A stretch of 32,000 bases of DNA, taken from NCBI RefSeq assembly GCF_000011805.1, contig NC_006840.2; one strand, written 5' to 3'. The stretch is from Aliivibrio fischeri ES114 (GTDB taxonomy: Bacteria; Pseudomonadota; Gammaproteobacteria; Enterobacterales; Vibrionaceae). The notes beneath the pieces were generated by a model that ran no database searches, was not told where the DNA came from, and was given only the letters and a program-made list of their open reading frames with translations. This document shows positions 1 to 9,796 of the stretch, in pieces. Made by a program: the position numbers and the translations under genes. The first letter of the stretch is position 1, and each line of letters opens with the position of its first letter.

Positions 1-1665
1 GTCTTCCTGTGGTGTTAATTGAGATGGTACGTACTGCATCAAGCCATAACTACCACCAATACACGCAAGAATAATCACAGGGGCTAACAAACGCCACGCT
101 ACGGCTTTCGATACTGCTTTACGATAACTACGTTCTAATGCTGAGAAAACTTTATCGATAAATAAGTTAAAACGATTCGGCTTCACATTTGCTTTTAAAA
201 TCTTACTACCTAAAACAGGTGTCAGTGTTAACGCGATCAATGAAGAGAACAGAACTGACATAGCAAGCAATACTGAAAATTCAGTAAAGAGCAAACCAAC
301 CATTCCATCCATAAATGAAATCGGTAAGAACACCATGACAAGCACTAAGGTCGTCGCAATAACGGCAAAACCTACTTCTCTCGCTCCTTTATAAGCAGCA
401 AGTAATGGTGACTCTCCTTTTTCTAAATGATGGAAAATATTTTCAACCACTACAATGGCGTCATCCACCACCAAACCAATGGATAAAATCAACGCCATCA
501 AGGTGATTAAGTTAATAGAGAAACCAAAGTAATAAGCGGCAATAAATGATGATATTAATGAAACAGGAACGGTTACCGCAGGGATCAAGGTTGCACGAGC
601 CTGCCCAATAAAGATATACAGAACCAGAATAACCAGCCCACCAGTAATAAATAGTGTGCTATAGACCTCTGCAATTGAACGCTCAATAAATACCGTTGAG
701 TCATAATCAATCGCTAAACGAGTTCCTTTTGGCAAAAATTGCTGGATCTTAGCGACTTCTTCGTGAACTAAGTTTGCCACATCTAATGGGTTGGCATCTG
801 ATTGAGGAACGATCCCCATACTAACGTTTACTACGCCATCGCTTTTAAATGTTGAGTTTTCATTTTCTGCACCAATAAATACATCAGCAACATCTTTTAA
901 ATAAATAGGTGTTCCATCACTGGCTGTTTTCACCACCAAGTAATTAAAGTCTTCTGCCTTATTATATAAACGCTCAGTTCTAACCGACATGACTATGGCA
1001 TCATTTCGAACTTCACCGCCAGGACTTTCAATATTTTCAGAACGAAGTGCTGCTGTAATGTCTGATGCCGTTACGCCACGCCCAGCCATTAAATCTGGTT
1101 GTAGCTTCACATACATCACTTTATAAAGGCCACCAGAGACATCAACAGAACTCACGCCAGTAATTAAGCTAAAACGGTCAACCAATACACGCTCGATGTA
1201 ATCTGTTAACTCGGTTCTGTCCATTACACTTGAGCTTAAATTAATATAAAGAGAGGCTTCACCACTGCCGTTATTTTTAAATACAATAGGATCATCGGCT
1301 TCATCAGGTAAGCTACGTTGTGCACGGGCAACCGCATCACGAATATCACTCACTCCAGTATTTAAATCATACCCTAGATCAAAAGTAATCATGATACGAG
1401 ACATGCTATTTCGCGTAGTAGACTCGATTTCATCAATCCCACTGATACCAGAGAGCTGGTCTTCTAATACCGTTGTAATTTGGCTTTCAATAATGGTTGC
1501 AGAGGCTCCCTCATAACGAGTACTGATCGAAACAACTGGGCTTTCAATATCAGGCATTTCACGAACAGCCAATTTACTGAACGACACCGCACCAAATACA
1601 CACAACAGCAAACTTAAAACAATGGCTACCACTGGTCTTTTTACTGAAACATCAGATAACCACAT
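1..1665 (-). CDS. RND-family (AcrB/MMPL-like) efflux permease, partial, runs off the left edge
   Basis: Reverse-strand reading frame from ATG at 1665 gives MWLSDVSVKRPVVAIVLSLLLCVFGAVSFSKLAVREMPDIESPVV..., typical of an RND pump N-terminus; lies directly downstream of a membrane fusion protein gene. Confidence 0.92.
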   Translation of the reverse strand, partial: MWLSDVSVKRPVVAIVLSLLLCVFGAVSFSKLAVREMPDIESPVVSISTRYEGASATIIESQITTVLEDQLSGISGIDEIESTTRNSMSRIMITFDLGYDLNTGVSDIRDAVARAQRSLPDEADDPIVFKNNGSGEASLYINLSSSVMDRTELTDYIERVLVDRFSLITGVSSVDVSGGLYKVMYVKLQPDLMAGRGVTASDITAALRSENIESPGGEVRNDAIVMSVRTERLYNKAEDFNYLVVKTASDGTPIYLKDVADVFIGAENENSTFKSDGVVNVSMGIVPQSDANPLDVANLVHEEVAKIQQFLPKGTRLAIDYDSTVFIERSIAEVYSTLFITGGLVILVLYIFIGQARATLIPAVTVPVSLISSFIAAYYFGFSINLITLMALILSIGLVVDDAIVVVENIFHHLEKGESPLLAAYKGAREVGFAVIATTLVLVMVFLPISFMDGMVGLLFTEFSVLLAMSVLFSSLIALTLTPVLGSKILKANVKPNRFNLFIDKVFSALERSYRKAVSKAVAWRLLAPVIILACIGGSYGLMQYVPSQLTPQED

Positions 1666-1667
1666 GA

Positions 1668-2714
1668 TTACTGTACCTCAGTTTTATTTTGTTCAAGTTG
1701 TTTAACCGTCACACCATCACGCATGTTAACTAAACCTTGAACTACAATTTCATCACCTACATTTAAACCACTAGCGATGACAACACGGTTTTCAACACGA
1801 GCGCCTAAAGTAACTTCGGTGCGAATTGCTTTGTTATCTTCACCTACAACATACACATAACGCTTAGTACCAGAGTACTCTAAAGCTTGAACAGGAATAA
1901 TAGGTGCATTAATAGCAGGGAAATCTAACGTCGCAGCCATCAGCATTCCCGGTTTCATTTTCAGATCTTTATTAGGGAATTCAATACGAACACGTAAATT
2001 CAACGTTTCTGCATTAATTCGTGAATCAACACCTATCAGTTTTCCTGAAAACACTGAGTTTTTCCACGCTTGACTCGTTGCTTCTACATTCATACCAACA
2101 GAAAGCATTGATAGATAACGTTCCGGCACTTGTAAATCAAGCTGCATAACAGATAAATTATCTAAGGTTAGCAGCTCCGTACCGGCACTCACCATTTTGC
2201 CTCGGCTAAAATCAATAAAACCAACCGTACCAGCAAAAGGAGCAGAGATATGAAGATCAGATAAATCTGCATTAGCTGCATCTAAACGAGCTTGAGCAAT
2301 ATCAACGCTGGCTTTTTGTCCATCAATTTCAGTTTGAGTAATGGCATTCTTTTTCGCTAAACGCTGAAATTCAGTTAATTTACGTTTTTCATCATTTAAA
2401 TAAGCACGAGCCTCTTTAATAGCCGCAATTGCCTTATCGTCATTAAGTTGAACAACTAACTGCCCTTTTCTTACGTTCTGGTTCGCTTTAACTGCAATAC
2501 GCTCAATCTTTCCTGCAACCTCAGGAGAGATCACAACAGACTCAGAAGCTTTTAGTTTTCCGATTAATGATAATGATTGAGATATTTCATGAGTAGCCAC
2601 TTCTTCAGAAAGAACAGCAACCGACTGATTTCCTCTTGTTTTCTTAGCATAAGAAGGAGTTGATAAAGTGCATGCTAATAAAACAACAAGAGCGATAGAC
2701 TTAGTTTTATTCAT
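1668..2714 (-). CDS. RND efflux system periplasmic adaptor (membrane fusion protein, HlyD/AcrA family)
   Basis: 348-aa ORF with signal peptide, VISPEVAGKIERIAVKANQNVRKGQLVVQLND lipoyl-like motif and HISAPFAGTVGFIDFSRGKMVSAG. Confidence 0.92.
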   Translation of the reverse strand: MNKTKSIALVVLLACTLSTPSYAKKTRGNQSVAVLSEEVATHEISQSLSLIGKLKASESVVISPEVAGKIERIAVKANQNVRKGQLVVQLNDDKAIAAIKEARAYLNDEKRKLTEFQRLAKKNAITQTEIDGQKASVDIAQARLDAANADLSDLHISAPFAGTVGFIDFSRGKMVSAGTELLTLDNLSVMQLDLQVPERYLSMLSVGMNVEATSQAWKNSVFSGKLIGVDSRINAETLNLRVRIEFPNKDLKMKPGMLMAATLDFPAINAPIIPVQALEYSGTKRYVYVVGEDNKAIRTEVTLGARVENRVVIASGLNVGDEIVVQGLVNMRDGVTVKQLEQNKTEVQ

Positions 2715-2932
2715 ATTGATACTTATAATCTAAATGATGGAATTAATTTCTGGTCATAGTTTACCAAGGTAAAAGACCTTTGGTTCGTCAATGAATGTAA
2801 AGATGACGAAATAAACTGTAAAAACAACTGCTTCTATATGACTGATATAGAGTTATTTAGTACCGATATGGCGAATATTACTCCTTTATGACGAAAAACC
2901 CATCATACAAATCAAAAATCAAAGAAAAGTGC

Positions 2933-2960
2933 TTTACAGAAAAACGAAGTTTGCTATTAT
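2933..2960 (+). promoter_or_regulatory. Candidate sigma70 promoter for the tRNA-Tyr cluster (-35 TTTACA, -10 TATTAT, GC-rich discriminator)
   Basis: TTTACA at 2933-2938 and TATTAT at 2955-2960 with a 16-nt spacer, followed by TCGCTCCGC, ~60 bp upstream of the first tRNA. Confidence 0.6.
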
Positions 2961-3019
2961 TCGCTCCGCACTTGGCAAGGTCGTTGGGAAAACTCTCGCT
3001 AAGTATAAAAATTCTCGCT

Positions 3020-3103
<84 letters not shown>

Positions 3104-3185
3104 TTATTCAGTTAATTGATTCATCAGTTAACACACTTGATTGCTCCTTTGGGAAAAGAGTTAGTTAAGTATAAAAATACCCGCT

Positions 3186-3269
<84 letters not shown>

Positions 3270-3351
3270 TTATTCAGTTAATTGATTCATCAGTTAACAC
3301 ACTTGATTGCTCCTTTGGGAAAAGAGTTAGTTAAGTATAAAAATACCCGCT

Positions 3352-3435
<84 letters not shown>

Positions 3436-3517
3436 TTATTCAGTTAATTGATTCATCAGTTAACACACTTGATTGCTCCTTTGGGAAAAGAGTTTATTAA
3501 GTATAAAAATACCCGCT

Positions 3518-3601
<84 letters not shown>

Positions 3602-3683
3602 TTATTCAGTTAATTGATTCATCAGTTAACACACTTGATTGCTCCTTTGGGAAAAGAGTTAGTTAAGTATAAAAATACCCGCT

Positions 3684-3767
<84 letters not shown>

Positions 3768-3790
3768 TTATTTATCTCGTAAGAGATCGG

Positions 3791-3822
3791 AAAGCCAATT
3801 CAGAAATGAGTTGGCTTTTTTT
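3791..3822 (+). terminator. Rho-independent terminator of the tRNA cluster
   Basis: AAAGCCAA...TTGGCTTT followed by a T-run. Confidence 0.85.
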
Positions 3823-3972
3823 GTGCCTGTAATACCTACCTACTCAATTACTCCTCCGCAATTATCTGAATAGCTATTGGTAAGAGTTTTATCCCTAGAT
3901 ACCCCTTGCTAAAATAAAGGTATAAATAGACAGTTACTCTATTTTATTAAATATAGAAATAGAGGCATTACA

Positions 3973-4161
3973 ATGCACATTGCACAAGTTCAAAAGCAGC
4001 AAGAACCGTCACAATGGAAAACATGTAGCTTATGTAATAAAGAGGCTTTTTGTCATCCTTCTACTAGCGTCACAATGGCTTGGATAAAAGCAGGTTTAGG
4101 TCAACAAAAATGCACGTGGCGCTGTGAGACATGCCAGCCAAGCGCTAGATTATTAAACTAA
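3973..4161 (+). CDS. Small Cys-rich hypothetical protein (possible zinc-ribbon-like)
   Basis: 62-aa ORF, WKTCSLCNKEAFCHP...CTWRCETC, two closely spaced Cys clusters; independently positioned between tRNA terminator and xthA. Confidence 0.6.
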   Translation: MHIAQVQKQQEPSQWKTCSLCNKEAFCHPSTSVTMAWIKAGLGQQKCTWRCETCQPSARLLN

Positions 4162-4257
4162 ACTTACATGATTTAATGCCAAATAATGTTAGTATCATTA
4201 TATTAGAGATCCTCGCTCAACTAGGATTGATTATATTTATAAGGACTTGATAACCTA

Positions 4258-5064
4258 ATGAAAGTAATAAGCTTTAATATAAATGGCCTTCGTGCTCGCC
4301 TTCACCAATTACAAGCTATCATTGATAAGCACAACCCTGATGTTATTGGTCTTCAAGAGATCAAAGTTCATAATGAAATGTTCCCAGTCGAAGCAGTAGA
4401 AGCGATGGGCTATAAAGTGTATTTCCATGGCCAAAAAGCACATTACGGTGTGGCGATGCTATGTAAACAAGAGCCAATTTCTGTGCAATATGGTTTTGAT
4501 ACGGATACAGAAGAACATCAAAAGCGCATGATCATGACTACTCACCAACGTGAAGATGGCTCAAAAGTAACGATAATGAATGGTTACTTCCCACAAGGTG
4601 ATAACATCAAGCATGAAACTAAATTCCCTTATAAACGTCAATTCTACAAAGATTTGATGACTCACTTGCATACACACCATACTAATGATGAAGAGATCAT
4701 CGTCATGGGCGATATTAATATCAGCCCCATCGATGCAGATATCGGTATCGGTGAACCAAACGCAAAACGTTGGTTAAAAACAGGCAAATGCTCGTTCCAA
4801 CCAGAAGAGCGTGAATGGTTACAAACATTAAAAGATTGGGGGTTTGAAGACACATTCCGTAATCTTCACCCTGAAGTAACCGATCAATTCTCGTGGTTTG
4901 ATTATCGTTCAAAAGGGTTTGTAGATAACCGTGGTTTACGCATTGATGTCATTATGGCAACACCAACATTAGCAGTAAAATGTACAGAATCTGGCATTGA
5001 TTACGAATTACGTGGTATTGAAAAGCCTTCTGATCACGCACCAATTTGGTCAACATTCAAATAA
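4258..5064 (+). CDS. xthA: Exodeoxyribonuclease III
   Basis: [38 protein letters not shown]..., [30 protein letters not shown]: ExoIII motifs over full length. Confidence 0.97.
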   Translation: MKVISFNINGLRARLHQLQAIIDKHNPDVIGLQEIKVHNEMFPVEAVEAMGYKVYFHGQKAHYGVAMLCKQEPISVQYGFDTDTEEHQKRMIMTTHQREDGSKVTIMNGYFPQGDNIKHETKFPYKRQFYKDLMTHLHTHHTNDEEIIVMGDINISPIDADIGIGEPNAKRWLKTGKCSFQPEEREWLQTLKDWGFEDTFRNLHPEVTDQFSWFDYRSKGFVDNRGLRIDVIMATPTLAVKCTESGIDYELRGIEKPSDHAPIWSTFK

Positions 5065-5071
5065 TATGTTT

Positions 5072-5101
5072 AGCCCTCACCTATTTGTGAGGGCTTTTTT
5101 A
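5072..5101 (+). terminator. Rho-independent terminator after xthA
   Basis: AGCCCTCAC-CTATTT-GTGAGGGCT plus T-run. Confidence 0.9.
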
Positions 5102-5138
5102 TCCCAATCAATGGCACGATTGGTATTAAGGAAATACA

Positions 5139-5789
5139 ATGAAATTATTCATCTTTGATCACTGTCCATTTTGTATGAAAGCAAAAATGGTTGCAGGTAT
5201 AAAAAAGCTACCCGTTGAATTTGTTTATCTTCAAAATGATGATGTGAATGCTCGCATTGAAAAAGTAGGAGCTAATATGGTGCCTATTTTAGAGAAAAAT
5301 GATGGTAGCTATATGGCAGAAAGTCTTGATATTGCAAGATATTTAGATGAGCATGATCACCATCCAATCATTGAAAAATCAACACACGAAGAAGAGATCT
5401 CTGAGTGGCTAAACGCAGCAAGACCACTGTTTGCTAAACTCACTTTTTCTCGTTGGACTCAACTTGATTTACCTGAATTCGCTCGACCTGAAGCGATTAC
5501 ATGGTTTACAGAGAAAAAAGAAGAATTCATTGAGATGAGCTTTGAACAAGCATTAACGAACAGTAATGAATATATCAATGCATTAAATCCACTATTAGTT
5601 AATGCGAACTTCATTACTCTTCCTTCGGAGAAAGGAAATCAAATCACATGGGATGATATTAACTTTTTCCCATTTATCCGTAATTTGACTGTTGTTAAAG
5701 GACTAGATTTTCCACCACACTTAAAAAACTATCTGGAAGAGATAAGTGACTTAACGGGTGTTCATCTATTTTTTGATGTTGCTGTGTAA
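5139..5789 (+). CDS. grxB: Glutaredoxin 2
   Basis: MKLFIFDHCPFCMKAKMVAGIKKLPVEFVYLQNDD..., CPFC active site and GrxB-type C-terminal helical domain. Confidence 0.93.
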   Translation: MKLFIFDHCPFCMKAKMVAGIKKLPVEFVYLQNDDVNARIEKVGANMVPILEKNDGSYMAESLDIARYLDEHDHHPIIEKSTHEEEISEWLNAARPLFAKLTFSRWTQLDLPEFARPEAITWFTEKKEEFIEMSFEQALTNSNEYINALNPLLVNANFITLPSEKGNQITWDDINFFPFIRNLTVVKGLDFPPHLKNYLEEISDLTGVHLFFDVAV

Positions 5790-5813
5790 TCACCATCTAT
5801 TTTTAACAATAAA

Positions 5814-5840
5814 AAAGAGCACGTTAATGTGCTCTTTTTC
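5814..5840 (+). terminator. Terminator after grxB (possibly bidirectional)
   Basis: AAAGAGCAC-GTTAAT-GTGCTCTTT flanked by A-run and T-run. Confidence 0.85.
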
Positions 5841-6120
5841 TTATCAAAATCATGAAAACCAACGTTGATACCAAAGTATTTCCCCATGTTCAATAAAATC
5901 AAACACACTCAAAAACAATGCGCAAATAAAGACTAACTTTACGACTCTTATCAATATCAACGATAAACCCATCACTACTTCCTCTAACGAATATTCCATT
6001 CATATATACACGATATCTACCTAAATGGATATTAATACCAATCGTCGTAACTAACTGGTTATCCTAGTTTGTTTATATACTCGATAACTGTGTTGGAATT
6101 TTTGACTGTAAATAATCTAA

Positions 6121-6798
6121 TTAACTTAATGGCATCATAAATCTGAGCATGCGAGTTTCCAATTGCTTAAATATAAAAATAATAATAAATGTTAAGCACA
6201 TATAAAACATACCGGCAGCAATATAGGATTCAAATGGTGCGTAATATCTTGAATTTACTAATCGTGCAGCACCAGTTAAATCCAGTAAAGTAACAATCCC
6301 GGCAATGGCTGAACCATGAAGCATGAAAATCACTTCATTACTATAAGCTGGTAATGCTCTACGTAACGCACTAGGTAAAATAATTCGTTTATACGTTTGG
6401 AATTGATTCATACCATACGCTTTGGCAGCTTCAACTTCTCCTTGTGGTAAACCATTAATAGAACCACGTACAATTTCAGCTGTATAAGCTCCTGTATTTA
6501 AAGAAAAAGCAACAAGAGCACAAAATGAAGCGTGTTCCCATAAGGTATCTTTAACAGAGAAAAATTGATCCATACCATAATAAATAAGATACAGTTGAAT
6601 CAGTAAAGGCGTACCACGAAAAAAGTAAATGTATGCCCAAGCTGGTAACCATAAAACTGGGTTATTGCTGTTTCTTGCTATCGCTGTTGGTACAGCAATA
6701 CACAAACCAATCACCAAAGATACCGCTACTAACCACACCGTTGTCCATAAGCCTTCAAGATAAACAGGAAAGCTCTCAATGATAATTGAAAAATCCAT
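6121..6798 (-). CDS. hisM: Basic amino-acid ABC transporter permease (HisM-like)
   Basis: YIYFFRGTPLLIQLYLIYYG, ...EVEAAKAYGMNQFQTYKRIILPSALRRALPAYSNEVIFMLHGSA permease EAA loop, HisM-type. Confidence 0.85.
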   Translation of the reverse strand: MDFSIIIESFPVYLEGLWTTVWLVAVSLVIGLCIAVPTAIARNSNNPVLWLPAWAYIYFFRGTPLLIQLYLIYYGMDQFFSVKDTLWEHASFCALVAFSLNTGAYTAEIVRGSINGLPQGEVEAAKAYGMNQFQTYKRIILPSALRRALPAYSNEVIFMLHGSAIAGIVTLLDLTGAARLVNSRYYAPFESYIAAGMFYMCLTFIIIFIFKQLETRMLRFMMPLS

Positions 6799-6800
6799 AT

Positions 6801-7541
6801 CTACCTCATGTGAATACTAAATTTACGTTCAATAAGTTTTAACGCACCAGTTGAAACTGCTGTGAAAAATAAGAAAATACAAGCAACTGTCATATAAAAA
6901 GTAAATGGCATCTTAGTTGTTCCAGCAGCCATTGAGCTAACACGAACCATATCTTCTAAACCAATAATCGAAACCAAAGCGGTGGTTTTAAGTAGAACTA
7001 ACCAATTGTTACCAAAACCAGGTAACGCATGACGGATCATTTGCGGAAACAAAATACGACGAAATGCCATCATGCCACTCATACCATAGGCTTTTGCTGC
7101 TTCCATTTCACCACGATCTACCGCCATGATTGCACCACGAAATGTCTCAGCCATATACGCGCCAAAAATAAAACCAATGGTTAGGACACCTGCGATAAAA
7201 GGACTAATTTCTATATAATCAGGAAGATAAGAAATCCATTCATGATCTGGGTTTGAGTTTGTCATCCACTCATTTATCCATTCATTACTCGCATACAGCC
7301 CATTGTTTAATAGCATTTGTCCGCCAAAAAACAGTAGCATCATTAATACTAAATCAGGGATCCCTCGAACAATAGTTGTATAAAGTGTGGCAATAGATCG
7401 AGCCCAACGATATGGAGCCATTTTCGCCAAAGCACCAAGTAAGCCAAGAAATACGGCTAAGAGAAGAGATAGGAGCGCAACCTGCAGCGTGACCAATGCT
7501 CCATCTAAAATGGAGGATTCATATCCTTGTAAATCTAACAT
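6801..7541 (-). CDS. hisQ: Basic amino-acid ABC transporter permease (HisQ-like); ORF open to 7577 but start at 7541 is preferred
   Basis: TTIVRGIPDLVLMMLLFFGG, EMEAAKAYGMSGMMAFRRILFPQMIRHALPGFGNNWLVLLKTTALVS. ATG at 7541 (MLDLQGYESSILDGALVTLQ) has GGAAG just upstream. Confidence 0.85.
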   Translation of the reverse strand: MLDLQGYESSILDGALVTLQVALLSLLLAVFLGLLGALAKMAPYRWARSIATLYTTIVRGIPDLVLMMLLFFGGQMLLNNGLYASNEWINEWMTNSNPDHEWISYLPDYIEISPFIAGVLTIGFIFGAYMAETFRGAIMAVDRGEMEAAKAYGMSGMMAFRRILFPQMIRHALPGFGNNWLVLLKTTALVSIIGLEDMVRVSSMAAGTTKMPFTFYMTVACIFLFFTAVSTGALKLIERKFSIHMR

Positions 7542-7622
7542 ACTACTTCCAAGCTTTCGCTTTAATAACAACGCCAATAAATATCAAGAACGCTTCATTG
7601 ACGTTGTTATAACTATTAGAAT

Positions 7623-7648
7623 GAAAGAGGTATATTCCACCCTCTTTC
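7623..7648 (-). other. Intercistronic stem-loop between hisJ-like and hisQ-like genes
   Basis: GAAAGAGG-TATATTCCAC-CCTCTTTC, 8-bp perfect stem, no long T-run on the transcribed side. Confidence 0.7.
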
Positions 7649-7667
7649 CTTAAGGCTAATTCAACAA

Positions 7668-8444
7668 TTACTCACCATACACATCATAGTTAAAGTATTT
7701 CGCAGCAATTTCTTGATAAATGCCTTTTTCACGTAAAGAATCAATTGCAGCATTTAATTGCTCAGTTAGATCCTTATCTTGTTTACGTGTTGCGATACCA
7801 AAACCTTCACCAAACCATTTTGGATCAGTTAGTGACGGACCAACAAATTCATACTCTGTACCGCCAGGTTTATTAAGAAGACCTTCTTCTAGTGCTGATG
7901 CATCACCTAAAACCGTATCAATACGACCCGCCTTTAGATCTAAATAGGCTTCATCAAATGAACCGTAGCGCTTAAGATCAACACCTTTACCAAAGTTGTC
8001 AGTTAGGTATTTATCATGTGTTGTTGCACGTTGAACACCAACAGTGACCCCTTTAAGGCCTTCTTTAGTCATTACTAATTTTGTGCCTTTTTTAGCGACA
8101 AATTTATTTGGAATAAGTGCATATTTTTCAGTGAAATCAATCTTCTTTTTACGCTCTTCTGTAATAGACATTGCGGCAATAATTGCATCATATTTACGAG
8201 CAAGTAATGAAGGAATAATACCATCCCAATCTTGAGCTACGATTTTACAACGTGCTTCCATTTCCTTACATAACGCATTAGCAATATCCACATCAAAACC
8301 TTTAAGCTCACCTGAAGGTTCTGTCCAACTAAATGGAGGATAAGCGCCTTCAATACCAAAACGGATTTGTTTCCATTCTTTTGCTTGAGCTGCGCCTGTT
8401 AGTGCTGTTGATGCAACAACTGCTGCTAATAACCACTTTTTCAT
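7668..8444 (-). CDS. hisJ: Periplasmic basic amino-acid-binding protein (HisJ/ArgT/ArtI-like)
   Basis: Signal peptide starts at MKKWLLAAVVASTALTGAAQA (8444), then IRFGIEGAYPPFSWTEPSGELKGFDVDIANALC. The ORF track start at 8600 overlaps the upstream ATPase gene and is unlikely. Confidence 0.85.
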   Translation of the reverse strand: MKKWLLAAVVASTALTGAAQAKEWKQIRFGIEGAYPPFSWTEPSGELKGFDVDIANALCKEMEARCKIVAQDWDGIIPSLLARKYDAIIAAMSITEERKKKIDFTEKYALIPNKFVAKKGTKLVMTKEGLKGVTVGVQRATTHDKYLTDNFGKGVDLKRYGSFDEAYLDLKAGRIDTVLGDASALEEGLLNKPGGTEYEFVGPSLTDPKWFGEGFGIATRKQDKDLTEQLNAAIDSLREKGIYQEIAAKYFNYDVYGE

Positions 8445-8517
8445 TTCCTTACTCCTGTAACTTTTATTCCGTTTAATTGATTTAATTTTTATTGGTAGTG
8501 TTTGCTTTACAATATGT

Positions 8518-9288
8518 TTAATAAATAGATGAAATAAATTGCTGTAAACGTTCTGATTTTGGGTTAGTAAACAACTTCGCAGGATCTCCCTGCTCTTCAA
8601 CTAATCCTTGATGCAAAAACATTACATGATTTGAAACATCGCGAGCAAAGGCCATCTCATGAGTAACAACCAACATAGTTCGTCCTTCTTCAGCGAGATC
8701 ACGCATTACACCTAAGACTTCGCCAACTAATTCAGGGTCTAGAGCAGAGGTTGGCTCATCAAACAACATAACTTCAGGGTCAACCGCCAATGCTCGTGCT
8801 ATTGCAGCTCGTTGTTGTTGACCACCAGATAAATGTCCAGGGTAATAATCTCTGCGCTCATATAATCCAACTTGTTTCAAAAGTTGTTCCGCTTTTTCAA
8901 CTGCTTGTGCTTTTGGCATACCTAATACATGTACTGGTGCTTCAATCACATTCTGCAGTACCGTCATATGAGACCAAAGATTAAATCCTTGAAAAACCAT
9001 AGCCAGACGTGAGCGAATTCGCTGAACTTGCTTTTCATCAACAGGAACGGATTCACCTAAACGATTATTTTTCATTTCTATCAGCTCACCATTTACCCAT
9101 ATTTCGCCTTTACTTGGCGTTTCGAGTAAGTTTATACAGCGTAGAAAAGTACTCTTACCTGAGCCAGATGAACCAATAATAGAAATCACATCACCTTTAT
9201 TTGCTTCTAATGAAATACCTTTTAGTACTTCATTTTGGCCAAAATGCTTGTGTAAATCTTTTATTTCTAGCGCGACTGCATCCTTCAT
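8518..9288 (-). CDS. hisP: Basic amino-acid ABC transporter ATPase (HisP/ArtP-like)
   Basis: Walker A GSSGSGKST, signature LSGGQQQR, Walker B VMLFDEPTSALDPELVGEVL, FNLWSHMTVLQNVIEAPVHVLG characteristic of HisP. Confidence 0.92.
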   Translation of the reverse strand: MKDAVALEIKDLHKHFGQNEVLKGISLEANKGDVISIIGSSGSGKSTFLRCINLLETPSKGEIWVNGELIEMKNNRLGESVPVDEKQVQRIRSRLAMVFQGFNLWSHMTVLQNVIEAPVHVLGMPKAQAVEKAEQLLKQVGLYERRDYYPGHLSGGQQQRAAIARALAVDPEVMLFDEPTSALDPELVGEVLGVMRDLAEEGRTMLVVTHEMAFARDVSNHVMFLHQGLVEEQGDPAKLFTNPKSERLQQFISSIY

Positions 9289-9423
9289 GCGCCATATACT
9301 CCTAATTCAGCTACACATTAATCGTTTGCTTTTTACTTTATTCTTAGAATTTAACACTCAAAATTATCACAAGCAACAATTTATTAACCAAAGCATATTG
9401 CAGGGACGTAAATTAAACAAGGG

Positions 9424-9439
9424 TTGAATTCTTATTCAA
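9424..9439. promoter_or_regulatory. Candidate ArgR-binding ARG box upstream of the His/Art-type operon
   Basis: TTGAATTCTTATTCAA; matches the core TGAAT-N4-ATTCA exactly. Confidence 0.65.
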
Positions 9440-9782
9440 ATTAAATATTTAGAGGCGGTACATTATTCTTTCTTTGAAAATTTATATTCACTCAATAATT
9501 AACATTATGTAAACAAGTAAGTTTGGTTCATTATTACTTTAAAAATACGGCATATAGCACAAAGAATACGTATTACATGTAAACGAATTACTGCTATTAT
9601 TTATGCTTTATTAAGAATTATTAACAAGTTCAATATTGTTGATACCATTGAAAAAATGCATCAAAAACACTGTAGTAAATTGATATTTAAGGTGTTTTTG
9701 ATTGATATTTTTATCATTAACATAATAATACCAAAGTGTTAACGGTCTCATTTTGTAGTTTTCTTTCATATACAATTATATA

Positions 9783-9796
9783 GTGATCGAGATCAA
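9783..9796. promoter_or_regulatory. Candidate FNR box
   Basis: GTGAT-CGAG-ATCAA, 9 of 10 matches to TTGAT-N4-ATCAA; about 33 bp upstream of a possible -10 TACACT (9820-9825). Confidence 0.55.

Noticed and set aside
7387-7653. 88-aa plus-strand ORF
   Set aside because: Antisense to the hisQ-like gene; no recognisable family.
7668-8600. 310-aa ORF start for the binding protein
   Set aside because: The first 52 residues overlap the ATPase gene end and contain no signal peptide; the true start with a signal sequence is at 8444.
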